A stretch of 64,000 nucleotides of DNA, taken from Bacteroidales bacterium. Lineage in GTDB: Bacteria > Bacteroidota > Bacteroidia > Bacteroidales > WCHB1-69. The DNA lies in the NCBI GenBank assembly GCA_017633255.1, contig JAGBPS010000017.1, forward strand, positions 65,672 through 129,671, given 5' to 3'. The translations under genes were made by a program, and so were the position numbers. Below the pieces are notes generated by a model. That model made no database searches, had not been told where the DNA came from, and saw only the letters and a list, made by a program, of their open reading frames with translations. Below are positions 1 to 8,116 of the stretch, piece by piece. How positions within the stretch are numbered: the first letter of the stretch is position 1; every line of letters begins with the position of its first letter.

Positions 1-52
1 GAATTAATAATAAATAAGTTATCCATTCTGCTACTACCTTTTCAGGAAGGTG

Positions 53-60
53 CAAAAGTA
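53..60 (-). promoter_or_regulatory. Bacteroidetes -7 box (TACTTTTG on minus strand) pointing out of the left window edge
   Basis: CAAAAGTA on plus strand is the reverse complement of TAnnTTTG. The gene it would drive lies outside the window. Confidence 0.4.
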
Positions 61-102
61 CAAAAAAATTATTTATCCGAATGAAAAAATAAGAGATTTT
101 TG

Positions 103-110
103 TATTTTTG
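103..110 (+). promoter_or_regulatory. -7 box TATTTTTG
   Basis: Matches TAnnTTTG and lies 18 nt upstream of the ATG at 128. Confidence 0.55.
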
Positions 111-127
111 CACTTTCAATTTTGAAA

Positions 128-1021
128 ATGAAAAAGTTACCAGACACTTTGCCCTTTCGGATTATCTTCGGCGTGTTGGCCTATTTGTTGCTTATACCTT
201 TTGTCTTCATCACATTCAGGTATATCCCCAATGCCCAGTGGCCGTGGAATCTGGATCGTATCTTGCTGTTTCTGGCGCTTGTGGCACTGATTACCTTCGT
301 TCTGCGGAAGCGTAAAATCATTGTGGCAGTGCTATGGCTGCTGTTGTTGGCTTTCCCTACTGTCGGCTCCATCATCAACGGCTATGGCTTCCGGCTTCTT
401 TACAAGGATTACAAGGAGATGGTATACGGTATCTTCACTGAGCCCGAGCCTGACAGTACTCCTAGTGATTTGCGCCCCTTCCCTCACAAAACCAAGTATA
501 TCCAGGCGGTGGATTACTATAATCCTGAGGTTAGAAATTATGCGGTTTCTTTAACTACCGATGATAGTTTGAAGAGATATATCACAGAGTATCATGAATA
601 TAGAAGATTGATACAGTGTTTTGCCGTGTTCCGAGATGTGAACCGCCGTTGGAATTATGTCAACGACCCGCTGGGTCAGGAGTATCTGGTGAGGGCCAGC
701 GATAATTTGGGGGTGTTTTCGGGCGACTGCGACGACCATTCCATCATGATGGCTGCGGCGATCATGTCGATTGGTGGCACTATGCGGCTGGTACACACCA
801 CCGAGCATGTGTATCCCGAAATCCTGATTGGTGACAAAGATAACCTGGAAGACATCAACTACATTATCAAGAAGGTGATGTTCAAGGCGGAATCAGAGGG
901 GAAAAGACTCCATTATCATATCGACAACCAGAAGCAGATATGGCTCAATCTGGACTATACCGCCCGCTACCCCGGCGGCGAATTCATGGAGTCGGAAATT
1001 ATTGCAATATTGAATTTGTAA
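128..1021 (+). CDS. Membrane-anchored transglutaminase-like (Cys/His/Asp fold) protein
   Basis: ATG 128 lies inside ORF 50..1021. The N-terminus has several hydrophobic helices. GDCDDHS...HTTEHVYPE resembles a transglutaminase-like catalytic core (motif recall). Confidence 0.55.
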   Translation: MKKLPDTLPFRIIFGVLAYLLLIPFVFITFRYIPNAQWPWNLDRILLFLALVALITFVLRKRKIIVAVLWLLLLAFPTVGSIINGYGFRLLYKDYKEMVYGIFTEPEPDSTPSDLRPFPHKTKYIQAVDYYNPEVRNYAVSLTTDDSLKRYITEYHEYRRLIQCFAVFRDVNRRWNYVNDPLGQEYLVRASDNLGVFSGDCDDHSIMMAAAIMSIGGTMRLVHTTEHVYPEILIGDKDNLEDINYIIKKVMFKAESEGKRLHYHIDNQKQIWLNLDYTARYPGGEFMESEIIAILNL

Positions 1022-1138
1022 GACATACTGCATGAGTCAAAAAAAGTGGGGGATTGCTACCATAGAAGCAATCCCTTGGGGTAAGGGAATACTTGTGTAG
1101 TTCAGTTGAATGTTGCATTCGGATAGCGAAAAAATCAT

Positions 1139-1146
1139 TATCTTTG
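1139..1146 (+). promoter_or_regulatory. -7 box TATCTTTG
   Basis: Matches TAnnTTTG just upstream of ATG 1172. Confidence 0.55.
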
Positions 1147-1171
1147 CAGCCGATAAATTTAACGTGTGATA

Positions 1172-1978
1172 ATGATTCCTGATATTACCGATAATATGGC
1201 TGTTTTGGTGGAAAAACTCACCCAACCGCATATTTGGGACGAGCAACCTGTGTTCTGTTTCACCTCTGATATAGACTGGGCCTCTGAGGCTGTTATCGAC
1301 AATTTCTTCCATAAAATGCCATTGGACTTACTGAAACTCACCACTTATGTGACCCATGCTTCTAAAATAGTTGAACGTTATTATCGAGAAGGAAAAATCA
1401 GTCGTGGCATACATCCTAACTTTCTGCCAGGTTCCTCTCAAGGAAATAACTTCCGTGAGGTTATAGAAACATGTCTTTCGTTTGCGCCTGAGGCTACAAG
1501 TACTCGATCGCACCGGGCTTTTGATGTGACTGACACTGCTCACATGCTCAAAAATGACTATCATATTAAGAATTGTTCCAATACCATCACTACTCTTGCT
1601 CCCTGTATCTCACCCTTCTGGATTGAGTCCAAACTGCTTCAAATACCCGTTTTTCTGGAAGAAGGAAGTTTTCTGTACAACAATTTGGGGTTGTCTATTC
1701 AACCTTATTTGAAGCATTTTGTTGCACCTGGACTGAAAGTCATCAGTTTTCATCCTATGAATATTGTGTTTAACACTCCCTACATCGCATGGATGCGTCA
1801 AATTAAGGATTCCATGAGCCGTGAAGAGTTCAATAACATCACTCCTGAAATGATTGAGAAAAAACAAAACAGAGAAGCTGGGGCGTACGACCTGATTATG
1901 GAGATTGTGGAACTTTGCCAGAAAATTCAGGCACCAATTCTTTCTATAGACGAAATTTACCAACAAACAATAAAATAA
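1172..1978 (+). CDS. Hypothetical protein, polysaccharide-deacetylase-like (WbmS-type?)
   Basis: This is the first ATG of ORF 1166..1978. The FTSDIDWASE and HPNF patterns recall WbmS-type deacetylase-like proteins. The call is weak. Confidence 0.35.
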   Translation: MIPDITDNMAVLVEKLTQPHIWDEQPVFCFTSDIDWASEAVIDNFFHKMPLDLLKLTTYVTHASKIVERYYREGKISRGIHPNFLPGSSQGNNFREVIETCLSFAPEATSTRSHRAFDVTDTAHMLKNDYHIKNCSNTITTLAPCISPFWIESKLLQIPVFLEEGSFLYNNLGLSIQPYLKHFVAPGLKVISFHPMNIVFNTPYIAWMRQIKDSMSREEFNNITPEMIEKKQNREAGAYDLIMEIVELCQKIQAPILSIDEIYQQTIK

Positions 1979-1988
1979 TTTATTGAAT

Positions 1989-2531
1989 ATGAGAATATTG
2001 GAAAGCGAACGCTTGGTTTTGAAACCTATCGAACCCGAAGACTTGAATTTCTTGATGGAGCAGCGTTGGGACGCAGAGCTGACAGATTATATCATCCATA
2101 ATCCAATTTCAACTTATACGCAGCAGAAATGGTATGAAAAGATATGTAAAAACGGCGATGTGGCGATGTCTATTTTTTATAAAGAAAAAGAAGGAGAGCT
2201 GCCTGTTTTGTTGGGAGCGGTAGGGTTATATGACTTCAATTACCGTCATCAGCGTGCCACTTGGAAGACACTGCGTATTCCCAAAAAATACCAAGGGCTT
2301 GGACTGGCCTTTGAGGCATCGAAGATGCTTATCGATTATGGTTTTAATACACTTAATCTAAACAAGATTACAAGCGATGTGTTTCCTCACAATGAAAGCA
2401 TCATTCGCTTACTGGCAAAAATGGGTTTTAGGGAAGAAGGACGGTTAAAACAACACTATTTTCATCAGGGTCAGTTCAAAGATGTATTAATATACAGCCT
2501 AACAAGAGACGAGTACCGAAATATGAAGTAA
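1989..2531 (+). CDS. GNAT family N-acetyltransferase (RimJ/RimL-like)
   Basis: ATG 1989 lies in ORF 1983..2531. The ESERLVLKP N-terminus and the size are typical of Acetyltransf_3-type GNATs. Confidence 0.7.
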   Translation: MRILESERLVLKPIEPEDLNFLMEQRWDAELTDYIIHNPISTYTQQKWYEKICKNGDVAMSIFYKEKEGELPVLLGAVGLYDFNYRHQRATWKTLRIPKKYQGLGLAFEASKMLIDYGFNTLNLNKITSDVFPHNESIIRLLAKMGFREEGRLKQHYFHQGQFKDVLIYSLTRDEYRNMK

Positions 2532-2578
2532 AAAAAGGGAAGGTGGCACCACAGAGTTTGGCTACCTTCTTCTTTAAA
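2531..2578. terminator. Hairpin terminator between convergent genes
   Basis: An A-run is followed by the stem GGGAAGGTGGC/GCTACCTTCTTC (with G-U pairs on the plus strand), a 13-nt loop and a T-rich tail. Confidence 0.5.
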
Positions 2579-2597
2579 TATATTCTGGTGGAACGGT

Positions 2598-3881
2598 TTA
2601 CTTCACAATTTTTTTGACTACCGTGCTATGATGGCTGTCGGTGATTTTGAGAATATATAGGCCTGAAGAGTATGGAAAGTCCAATTCCATTCGTGCCCCG
2701 TCACTGCCCACTTTTTGTTGCTTGCTCATCAGCAGTTTGCCTTCCAAAGAATATAACTCTATCAGCATATCCTCTTCGTTAGATGGAAGAATACTGATTT
2801 TCAGCTGGTCTTCAACAGGATTGATCACATATACCTCAAAATCGGCTATGGAAGGCGCCGACACGGACACAGGGCTGACATCAACGGCTAAATCCATAAT
2901 CACAGGCAGGTGATCCGACATATTGTAGAGGGCATTGGCCACATTGGACGGAACTGCCTGATTGGTGGAATAATTGATGCTTTTGTTGAAATGGTTGCCA
3001 TCATTGCCAAGAGCTGTATAGCTGCCGTCCACAAAGCTTACTTTGCGGCTGCCGTAATAGACGGGCGAAGATACCAAAATAAAGTCGAAGCGGTCGTCCA
3101 AACCTCCCGAAGAGGCGCAGCCGTTGTCATCGCTGTGGGTGGACTGGGTATGGACGTATCGGGAGCTGTATGAGTTGTTCCATTCCGCTTCCATGTCAAT
3201 AGGGTCGTAGAATTTATACAGGCTGTTGGGATAGTGAATCAGCTGTTGATAAGCGTCTTCGGAAGCCCCGTATATGTTGAAATCTCCTGAGAGACAAATA
3301 TTTCCATATAAACCTGTACTCTCCAGGTAGTTCATCAGCCTCGTCACTTGGCTTAAACGTTTTTGCTCATTGTCGTTGCCGGTTCCCGCTTTCAGGTGCA
3401 TTAGGATAAAGGTGGTGAAAACGGTGTCGCCGTGGGCTAAATTCGGGGTGAGGTAATACATCTTGTAGCCGTTGATGTCGCGGTTGACGGTAGTGAGGTA
3501 GAAGTGGCTGTGGAAAGCCAATTTGGCGGAGTTGTAGAACAGCATGTTGGCAATAGCGTCACCGGAATAATTGGTCAAGGGGCCATGCTGATAGCCTTGT
3601 CGTCCGTTGGTATTCAAAACATTGTTGACGATGCGGTCGGCATAGCTCACGTTGCTACCAATTTCATTGACCACGAGCACGTCGGGCTCCACATAATCGA
3701 TAATGGTACGCAGGGCCGCGTCTTTGGTGTTCAGATTGTTGGTGCTTGAGTTACAACCCGATGAGCTTGTTTCTGTATAAAACAGTAAATTGTAGTGCAT
3801 CATCCTGATGGTCTCTGTTTGGGCAAAGCCAGAGGATGTCAGTAGTAATCCAAAAACGATAACAAGGGATAGTCTTTTCAT
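2598..3881 (-). CDS. Secreted endonuclease/exonuclease/phosphatase-family protein with T9SS C-terminal sorting domain
   Basis: ATG 3881 lies in ORF 2598..3890 and gives a signal peptide. The sequence shows an EEP-fold pattern (NEIG..., SDHLPV). The C-terminal ~80 aa (INPVEDQLKISI...GLYILKI...KKIVK) look like a Por/T9SS tail. Confidence 0.7.
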   Translation of the reverse strand: MKRLSLVIVFGLLLTSSGFAQTETIRMMHYNLLFYTETSSSGCNSSTNNLNTKDAALRTIIDYVEPDVLVVNEIGSNVSYADRIVNNVLNTNGRQGYQHGPLTNYSGDAIANMLFYNSAKLAFHSHFYLTTVNRDINGYKMYYLTPNLAHGDTVFTTFILMHLKAGTGNDNEQKRLSQVTRLMNYLESTGLYGNICLSGDFNIYGASEDAYQQLIHYPNSLYKFYDPIDMEAEWNNSYSSRYVHTQSTHSDDNGCASSGGLDDRFDFILVSSPVYYGSRKVSFVDGSYTALGNDGNHFNKSINYSTNQAVPSNVANALYNMSDHLPVIMDLAVDVSPVSVSAPSIADFEVYVINPVEDQLKISILPSNEEDMLIELYSLEGKLLMSKQQKVGSDGARMELDFPYSSGLYILKITDSHHSTVVKKIVK

Positions 3882-3898
3882 TGTTGTCAATTAGGGTG

Positions 3899-3906
3899 CA
3901 AAAGTA
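3899..3906 (-). promoter_or_regulatory. -7 box TACTTTTG (minus strand)
   Basis: CAAAAGTA on plus strand, just upstream of ATG 3881. Confidence 0.55.
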
Positions 3907-3913
3907 CATAAAA

Positions 3914-4990
3914 TTATTGTATCACCAGCTTTTTGACAATAATAGTCTGGTTTTCGCTGTGGATTTTCAGGAGGTAGAGTCCTGCAGGGAGATGCGAGAC
4001 GTTGACGGTGCTTTGGTTGTTGATGGCTTCAATATGCAATACTTCCTTGCCCATGAGATCGAAAAGAACTATCTCATTGACTGTTATGGAGTTGCTTTGG
4101 ACTGAAAATTGCTCATGGGCGGGGTTGGGATAAACCGCCACCAGGGCAGGGTCAACAAGGGCGACAGCACTGCCATAATGGAAAGCGTTGACCGAATCGG
4201 CTCCGAAAACTTTACCCACCAGTTCTGGATAATCCACATAGGGATTTCTGTTATGCTGAAGGGCATAAACGGCGTTGTTACGGTCAATCTCTTTTTGACT
4301 GACGGGGTCTTCCTCATGCCAGCGTATCAGCATGGCCAAAGCCCAAGAGTTGAGGTTGCCATCGGTGAACATGGAAGGCGTGTTTTGGTCGAAATCGCGG
4401 TTGTAATAGCGGGTGCACATGTAGAGTAGCAGTCGGGCAATGTCGCCTTTGAAGGCATCGATGGGCTCGAAAACGGTGCCCGAAAAGCCTGGGGTGGAAC
4501 AACTGCCTATCTTAGAGCCGTTGCGACTGGTCCAGTTTGCGTTGCCCACTTCGCCAAAGGGCAGGTTGCCTCGTTTGTTGTTCACTTGTCCGTCGGTAGG
4601 GTACATGTGAAACAAATCAGTGTACATGGGTGTCTGGCTATTGAACCAGCTTTTGGGTATTACATGCTCACGGTTATAGCAATCACCTTCGCTATCATAA
4701 CTGCCACATTGGTCAACAACAGGAGTATATTCGTAGGGTGGGGTGCCGCCAGGAATGTCGGAGTAGATGTCCCAGATTTTGCCATTGCTTTTGACATCAG
4801 TGTGGGTGAAAGCGTCCCACAGACCGCTGTAAGTCAAAGAAGTGGTATTGGTATTGATAATCTGCGCCAGGGCCAATCTCAATGCTCTTCCCTTTTTGCC
4901 GTTGGCGGCATTGTAATAGCCAGCGGGCTCCTGGGCGGAGAGGGTAAAGGCCCAGAGAATAGCGATTATCAGCAGTAGGTGTTTTTTCAT
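3914..4990 (-). CDS. Extracellular endonuclease I family nuclease with T9SS C-terminal sorting domain
   Basis: The protein has a signal peptide. NREHVIPKSWF and DLFHMYPTDGQVNNKRGNLPFG match endonuclease I (EndA/NucM-type) motifs. The C-terminal VYPNP...GLYLLKI...KKLVIQ is a T9SS tail. Confidence 0.7.
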   Translation of the reverse strand: MKKHLLLIIAILWAFTLSAQEPAGYYNAANGKKGRALRLALAQIINTNTTSLTYSGLWDAFTHTDVKSNGKIWDIYSDIPGGTPPYEYTPVVDQCGSYDSEGDCYNREHVIPKSWFNSQTPMYTDLFHMYPTDGQVNNKRGNLPFGEVGNANWTSRNGSKIGSCSTPGFSGTVFEPIDAFKGDIARLLLYMCTRYYNRDFDQNTPSMFTDGNLNSWALAMLIRWHEEDPVSQKEIDRNNAVYALQHNRNPYVDYPELVGKVFGADSVNAFHYGSAVALVDPALVAVYPNPAHEQFSVQSNSITVNEIVLFDLMGKEVLHIEAINNQSTVNVSHLPAGLYLLKIHSENQTIIVKKLVIQ

Positions 4991-5018
4991 ATTAAATGTT
5001 TTTTTCAGTTATGCGTTT

Positions 5019-5143
5019 AGACGTTAAGACGTCAAATCATGCACTTCGTGCATTCGTTAAGACGAAATAATTTCGCCATATCTCTTTCATTCCGTCTTCA
5101 CGTTTTCCCGCCTCCCCGAGCGAGCGAAGCGAGTGTCTTCACG
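5019..5143. repeat. Mosaic of short palindromes and repeat words downstream of folP
   Basis: GACGT-TAAG-ACGTC lies at 5020-5033 and ATGCAC-TTC-GTGCAT at 5039-5053. The 10-mer CGTTAAGACG occurs at 5022 and 5055, and again at 6890. An inverted copy of the 6899-7048 tandem unit lies at about 5109-5143 and abuts the folP stop. Confidence 0.8.
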
Positions 5144-5966
5144 TATTTTGGTACATCTCCACCATCTTCACGCATTCCTTTGCCTCCTTCACATCGTGAA
5201 CGCGGAGAATGTGGGCGCCTTTCATCAGGGCAAGGGTATTCAGCACGGTGGTGCCGTTCAAGGCGTGCTGGGCGTCAGTTTCCAGCAGTTTATATATCAT
5301 TGATTTCCTGGAAATGCCTACCAGTATTGGCAAACCGAAACTGTCAAAGGCATTCAAGTTGTTCATCAGGAAATAATTCTGTTCCAGGGTTTTGCCGAAA
5401 CCGAAGCCTGGGTCAAGAATGATGTCGTTAGCGCCTAACTCTTTCAGTTTAGCCACCTGGGTACCGAAAAAGTACAGCATGTCGCCGATGAGGTTCTCAT
5501 ACTGGGTATGTTGCTGCATCACATCGGGTTTGGCAGGGGTGTGCATCAGGCAATAGGGCACTCTGGCTTTGGCCACAGTGGGTATCATTTCTTCATCGAA
5601 AGTGCCACCAGATACATCATTAATCATGGCGGCACCGTGGTCCAAAGCCACTTGGGCAACCGATGCCCGCCAAGTGTCTATCGAGATGACGGTGTCGGGG
5701 AAATGCTGTAACACAAGTGTTACCGCTTGCCGGATGCGTTCGATTTCGGTGTCTTCGTCAATATCGGCGGCTCCCGGTCGGGTGGACATGGCTCCGATGT
5801 CAATAATGTCCGCTCCTTCTTCCAGCAACTGGGTTGCACGGTCCAAAATGGCTTTTTCGCTGGTATAGCGGCCTCCGTCAAAAAAGGAATCTTCCGTATA
5901 GTTCAAGATTCCCATCACCAAAGGGTGGGACAAATCACAGAGTTTTCCTTTGAAATTCAGCCACAT
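5139..5966 (-). CDS. folP: Dihydropteroate synthase
   Basis: GILNYTEDSFFDGGRY and the overall pterin-binding pattern match DHPS, and the 275-aa length fits. Confidence 0.9.
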   Translation of the reverse strand: MWLNFKGKLCDLSHPLVMGILNYTEDSFFDGGRYTSEKAILDRATQLLEEGADIIDIGAMSTRPGAADIDEDTEIERIRQAVTLVLQHFPDTVISIDTWRASVAQVALDHGAAMINDVSGGTFDEEMIPTVAKARVPYCLMHTPAKPDVMQQHTQYENLIGDMLYFFGTQVAKLKELGANDIILDPGFGFGKTLEQNYFLMNNLNAFDSFGLPILVGISRKSMIYKLLETDAQHALNGTTVLNTLALMKGAHILRVHDVKEAKECVKMVEMYQNT

Positions 5967-5970
5967 GACA

Positions 5971-6855
5971 CTATTTTTTTACAGCTTTGTCTTTTTGCCA
6001 GTTAATCTCCTTATAAACGGGGATATTATCACGCTTTACGATAGAGTAAATCAGCAGGATTAAACCGATAATGATGAAGGGAATACTCAGTTTCTGACCA
6101 ATGTCGAGGGTCATTCCCACTTCCTTGCTGACCTGTACTTCCTTGAAGAACTCGATGATAAAGCGGGCGGTGAAAATCACGAACAGAAGCAAGCCGGTGG
6201 CTCTTCCTGCGGGAACTTTTCCTTTGGCAAACTTGAAATAGTAAATGAAAAATGCCAGGAACAGCAACAGATAGACACAGGCCTCATATAATTGGGCGGG
6301 ATGACGCAAGGTGCCCGCGATGCCGGGACCACCAAGGGTGAAGTCGAAAGCCCAAGGCACTGTGGTGATGCTGCCTACGATTTCGTGGTTCATCAGGTTG
6401 CCGATACGCACCATGCCGGCGGCAATGGGAATCACCAATGACAGGCGGTCGAGTAACCATAAGGCGTTCATTTTGTATTTCCATGCAAAGTAGCAGAGAA
6501 ACGATATGATGGCGATAACCGCCCCGTGACTTGCCAATCCTTGATAACCAACAAACTGTCCGTCTTGAATGGGCAGAATAATCTCGCTAATACCTTTGAG
6601 ACTGGTGAAATATTCGGGCTCGTAAAACAGAAAATGTCCCAATCGCAAACCCACAATGGTCCAGACAATGGTCCAGATGGACAGTTTGTCGCACAATTGC
6701 TGGGAAATATTTTCGGTTTTGAATATCTTGCTTAAAGTAAGATATGAAAAGAAAAAGCCGAATGCCAAAAGCAGACCATACCATCTGACCTCAATGGGCC
6801 CTATTGAAAAGGCCACGGGGTTGACGGTCCAGGTGATGTAATTTAGTATTGCCAT
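5971..6855 (-). CDS. lgt: Prolipoprotein diacylglyceryl transferase
   Basis: The protein is polytopic and carries the Lgt signatures GLASHGAV, RIGNLMNHEIVG and RHPAQLYEA. Confidence 0.9.
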   Translation of the reverse strand: MAILNYITWTVNPVAFSIGPIEVRWYGLLLAFGFFFSYLTLSKIFKTENISQQLCDKLSIWTIVWTIVGLRLGHFLFYEPEYFTSLKGISEIILPIQDGQFVGYQGLASHGAVIAIISFLCYFAWKYKMNALWLLDRLSLVIPIAAGMVRIGNLMNHEIVGSITTVPWAFDFTLGGPGIAGTLRHPAQLYEACVYLLLFLAFFIYYFKFAKGKVPAGRATGLLLFVIFTARFIIEFFKEVQVSKEVGMTLDIGQKLSIPFIIIGLILLIYSIVKRDNIPVYKEINWQKDKAVKK

Positions 6856-6898
6856 GTTGTTGTTTGTTTATTCATTTAATCGTTTGTGACGTTAAGAC

Positions 6899-7048
6899 GC
6901 TCGTTTCATTCGCTCGTGGAGATGCTCACTTCGTTCGCTCGGGAAGACACTCACTTCGTTCGTTCGAGGAGACGCTCACTTTGTTCGCTCGGGGAGACAC
7001 TCATTTCATTCGTTCGGGAAGTCGTTCACTTCGTTCACTCGGATATAC
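6899..7048. repeat. Tandem array, about 25-bp unit x6 (consensus near GCTCACTTCGTTCGCTCGGGAAGACA)
   Basis: The units lie at 6899-6923, 6924-6949, 6950-6973, 6974-6999, 7000-7023 and 7024-7048. They are contiguous with no spacers and differ mostly by transitions. Confidence 0.9.
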
Positions 7049-7087
7049 GATACCGCCCCACATCTTCACATTTCTCCGTCTCCCCGA

Positions 7088-7135
7088 GTACACGTAGTGT
7101 ACGTCTATTCGTCTTCCCGAATGCACGCAGTGCAT
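7088..7135. repeat. Two perfect 6-bp/3-nt-loop mini-hairpins
   Basis: GTACAC-GTA-GTGTAC lies at 7088-7102 and ATGCAC-GCA-GTGCAT at 7121-7135. The second, with its GTCTC tail, recurs at 39818-39841. Confidence 0.85.
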
Positions 7136-7146
7136 GTCTCTCCGTT

Positions 7147-7935
7147 TCATTGCTTCAGTGCTTCTTGCAGCAACTGGTTGAGTACGGTAGGGGAGATGTC
7201 GCGGGTGATTTTACCTTGTTCACACAAAGATATTTGTCCCGTTTGTTCGGACACCACGATGGCCAGTGCGTCGGTGAACTGGGTGGCCCCGATGGCGGAG
7301 CGGTGGCGCAAACCCAAGTCGGTGGGAAGGTCTTCTTCTTTGGACACGGGCAAAATGCAGCGGGCTGCCGCAATACGGTGCTCCTTGATGATGACGGCCC
7401 CATCGTGTAACGGACTGTTTTTGAAGAAGATATTCTCTATAAGTTCGCGGGAAATGAGCGAGTCTATTTTCTCGCCGGTTTGTAGATAATCGTAGAGTGG
7501 GGTGTCGCGGGCTATGATGATAAGGGCTCCGGTTTTGGAACTGGCCATGCGTTTGCAGGCACGTACAATAGAGTCGATGTCCTCGGCATAATCTTCCGCA
7601 CTCAGATTTTTATTACGTCGTTTTTCAATGAACTTCGTGAAATGGGTGTTGCCGATGTAGGTGAGGAATTTGCGGATTTCGGGCTGATAGATGACAATCA
7701 GCGAAATAAGACCTACACTGAAAATCTTGCCTAAAATATCGGCGAACATGGTCAGATGGAAGTATCGGGCCACAGTCCAGATGATAAAAACTATGAAGAT
7801 AGCGAAGAAAACTTTCACGGCACCGGTACCCCGCAAAAGCTTGTACAGCCAGTACATCAGGATGGCTACCAGCAGGATATCCACCGCATCGGAAATGCCG
7901 AATTTCAAAAAACCTAAAGCGAATAAATTCATCAT
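7147..7935 (-). CDS. cdaA: Diadenylate cyclase (c-di-AMP synthase), membrane-anchored
   Basis: Three N-terminal TM helices are followed by a DAC domain (GALIIIARD, SPLHDGAVII, LGLRHRSAIG). Confidence 0.85.
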   Translation of the reverse strand: MMNLFALGFLKFGISDAVDILLVAILMYWLYKLLRGTGAVKVFFAIFIVFIIWTVARYFHLTMFADILGKIFSVGLISLIVIYQPEIRKFLTYIGNTHFTKFIEKRRNKNLSAEDYAEDIDSIVRACKRMASSKTGALIIIARDTPLYDYLQTGEKIDSLISRELIENIFFKNSPLHDGAVIIKEHRIAAARCILPVSKEEDLPTDLGLRHRSAIGATQFTDALAIVVSEQTGQISLCEQGKITRDISPTVLNQLLQEALKQ

Positions 7936-7947
7936 TCAAAATTTTTG

Positions 7948-7955
7948 CAAAAATA
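7948..7955 (-). promoter_or_regulatory. -7 box TATTTTTG (minus strand)
   Basis: CAAAAATA on plus strand lies 12 nt from the cdaA ATG, which implies a very short leader. Confidence 0.5.
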
Positions 7956-8024
7956 ATCATTTTTTTGATGTGCAGGGGTATTCTAATTTACGGGAAATTA
8001 TTTTGTCGGGTGGATAAAAATGTG

Positions 8025-8032
8025 TATTTTTG
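8025..8032 (+). promoter_or_regulatory. -7 box TATTTTTG
   Basis: Matches TAnnTTTG, with a TTTG about 20 nt upstream. It precedes the flippase ATG at 8117. Confidence 0.5.
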
Positions 8033-8116
8033 CAGTTGGAAAAAACAGCAGGTGGTGTTGCAAAAATAAAGGCGCAAAATCATCTTTCTGCAAAAACATA
8101 AAAATTTGCAAGAAAT

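Noticed and set aside
6899-7048. Possible CRISPR array (also considered for 56986-57097 and 19811-19870)
   Set aside because: The units are contiguous with no unique spacers. At 14-25 bp they are shorter than CRISPR repeat-plus-spacer periodicity. No cas genes are present in the window.
6849-7410. Plus-strand ORFs (6849..7097, 6886..7410, 7097..7489) with repetitive peptide sequence
   Set aside because: Their periodic peptides (…FVRS…SLRS…) simply translate the 25-bp tandem array. They then continue antisense into cdaA. No promoter box is present. The same reasoning applies to ORF 5039..5422 across the folP-downstream palindromes.
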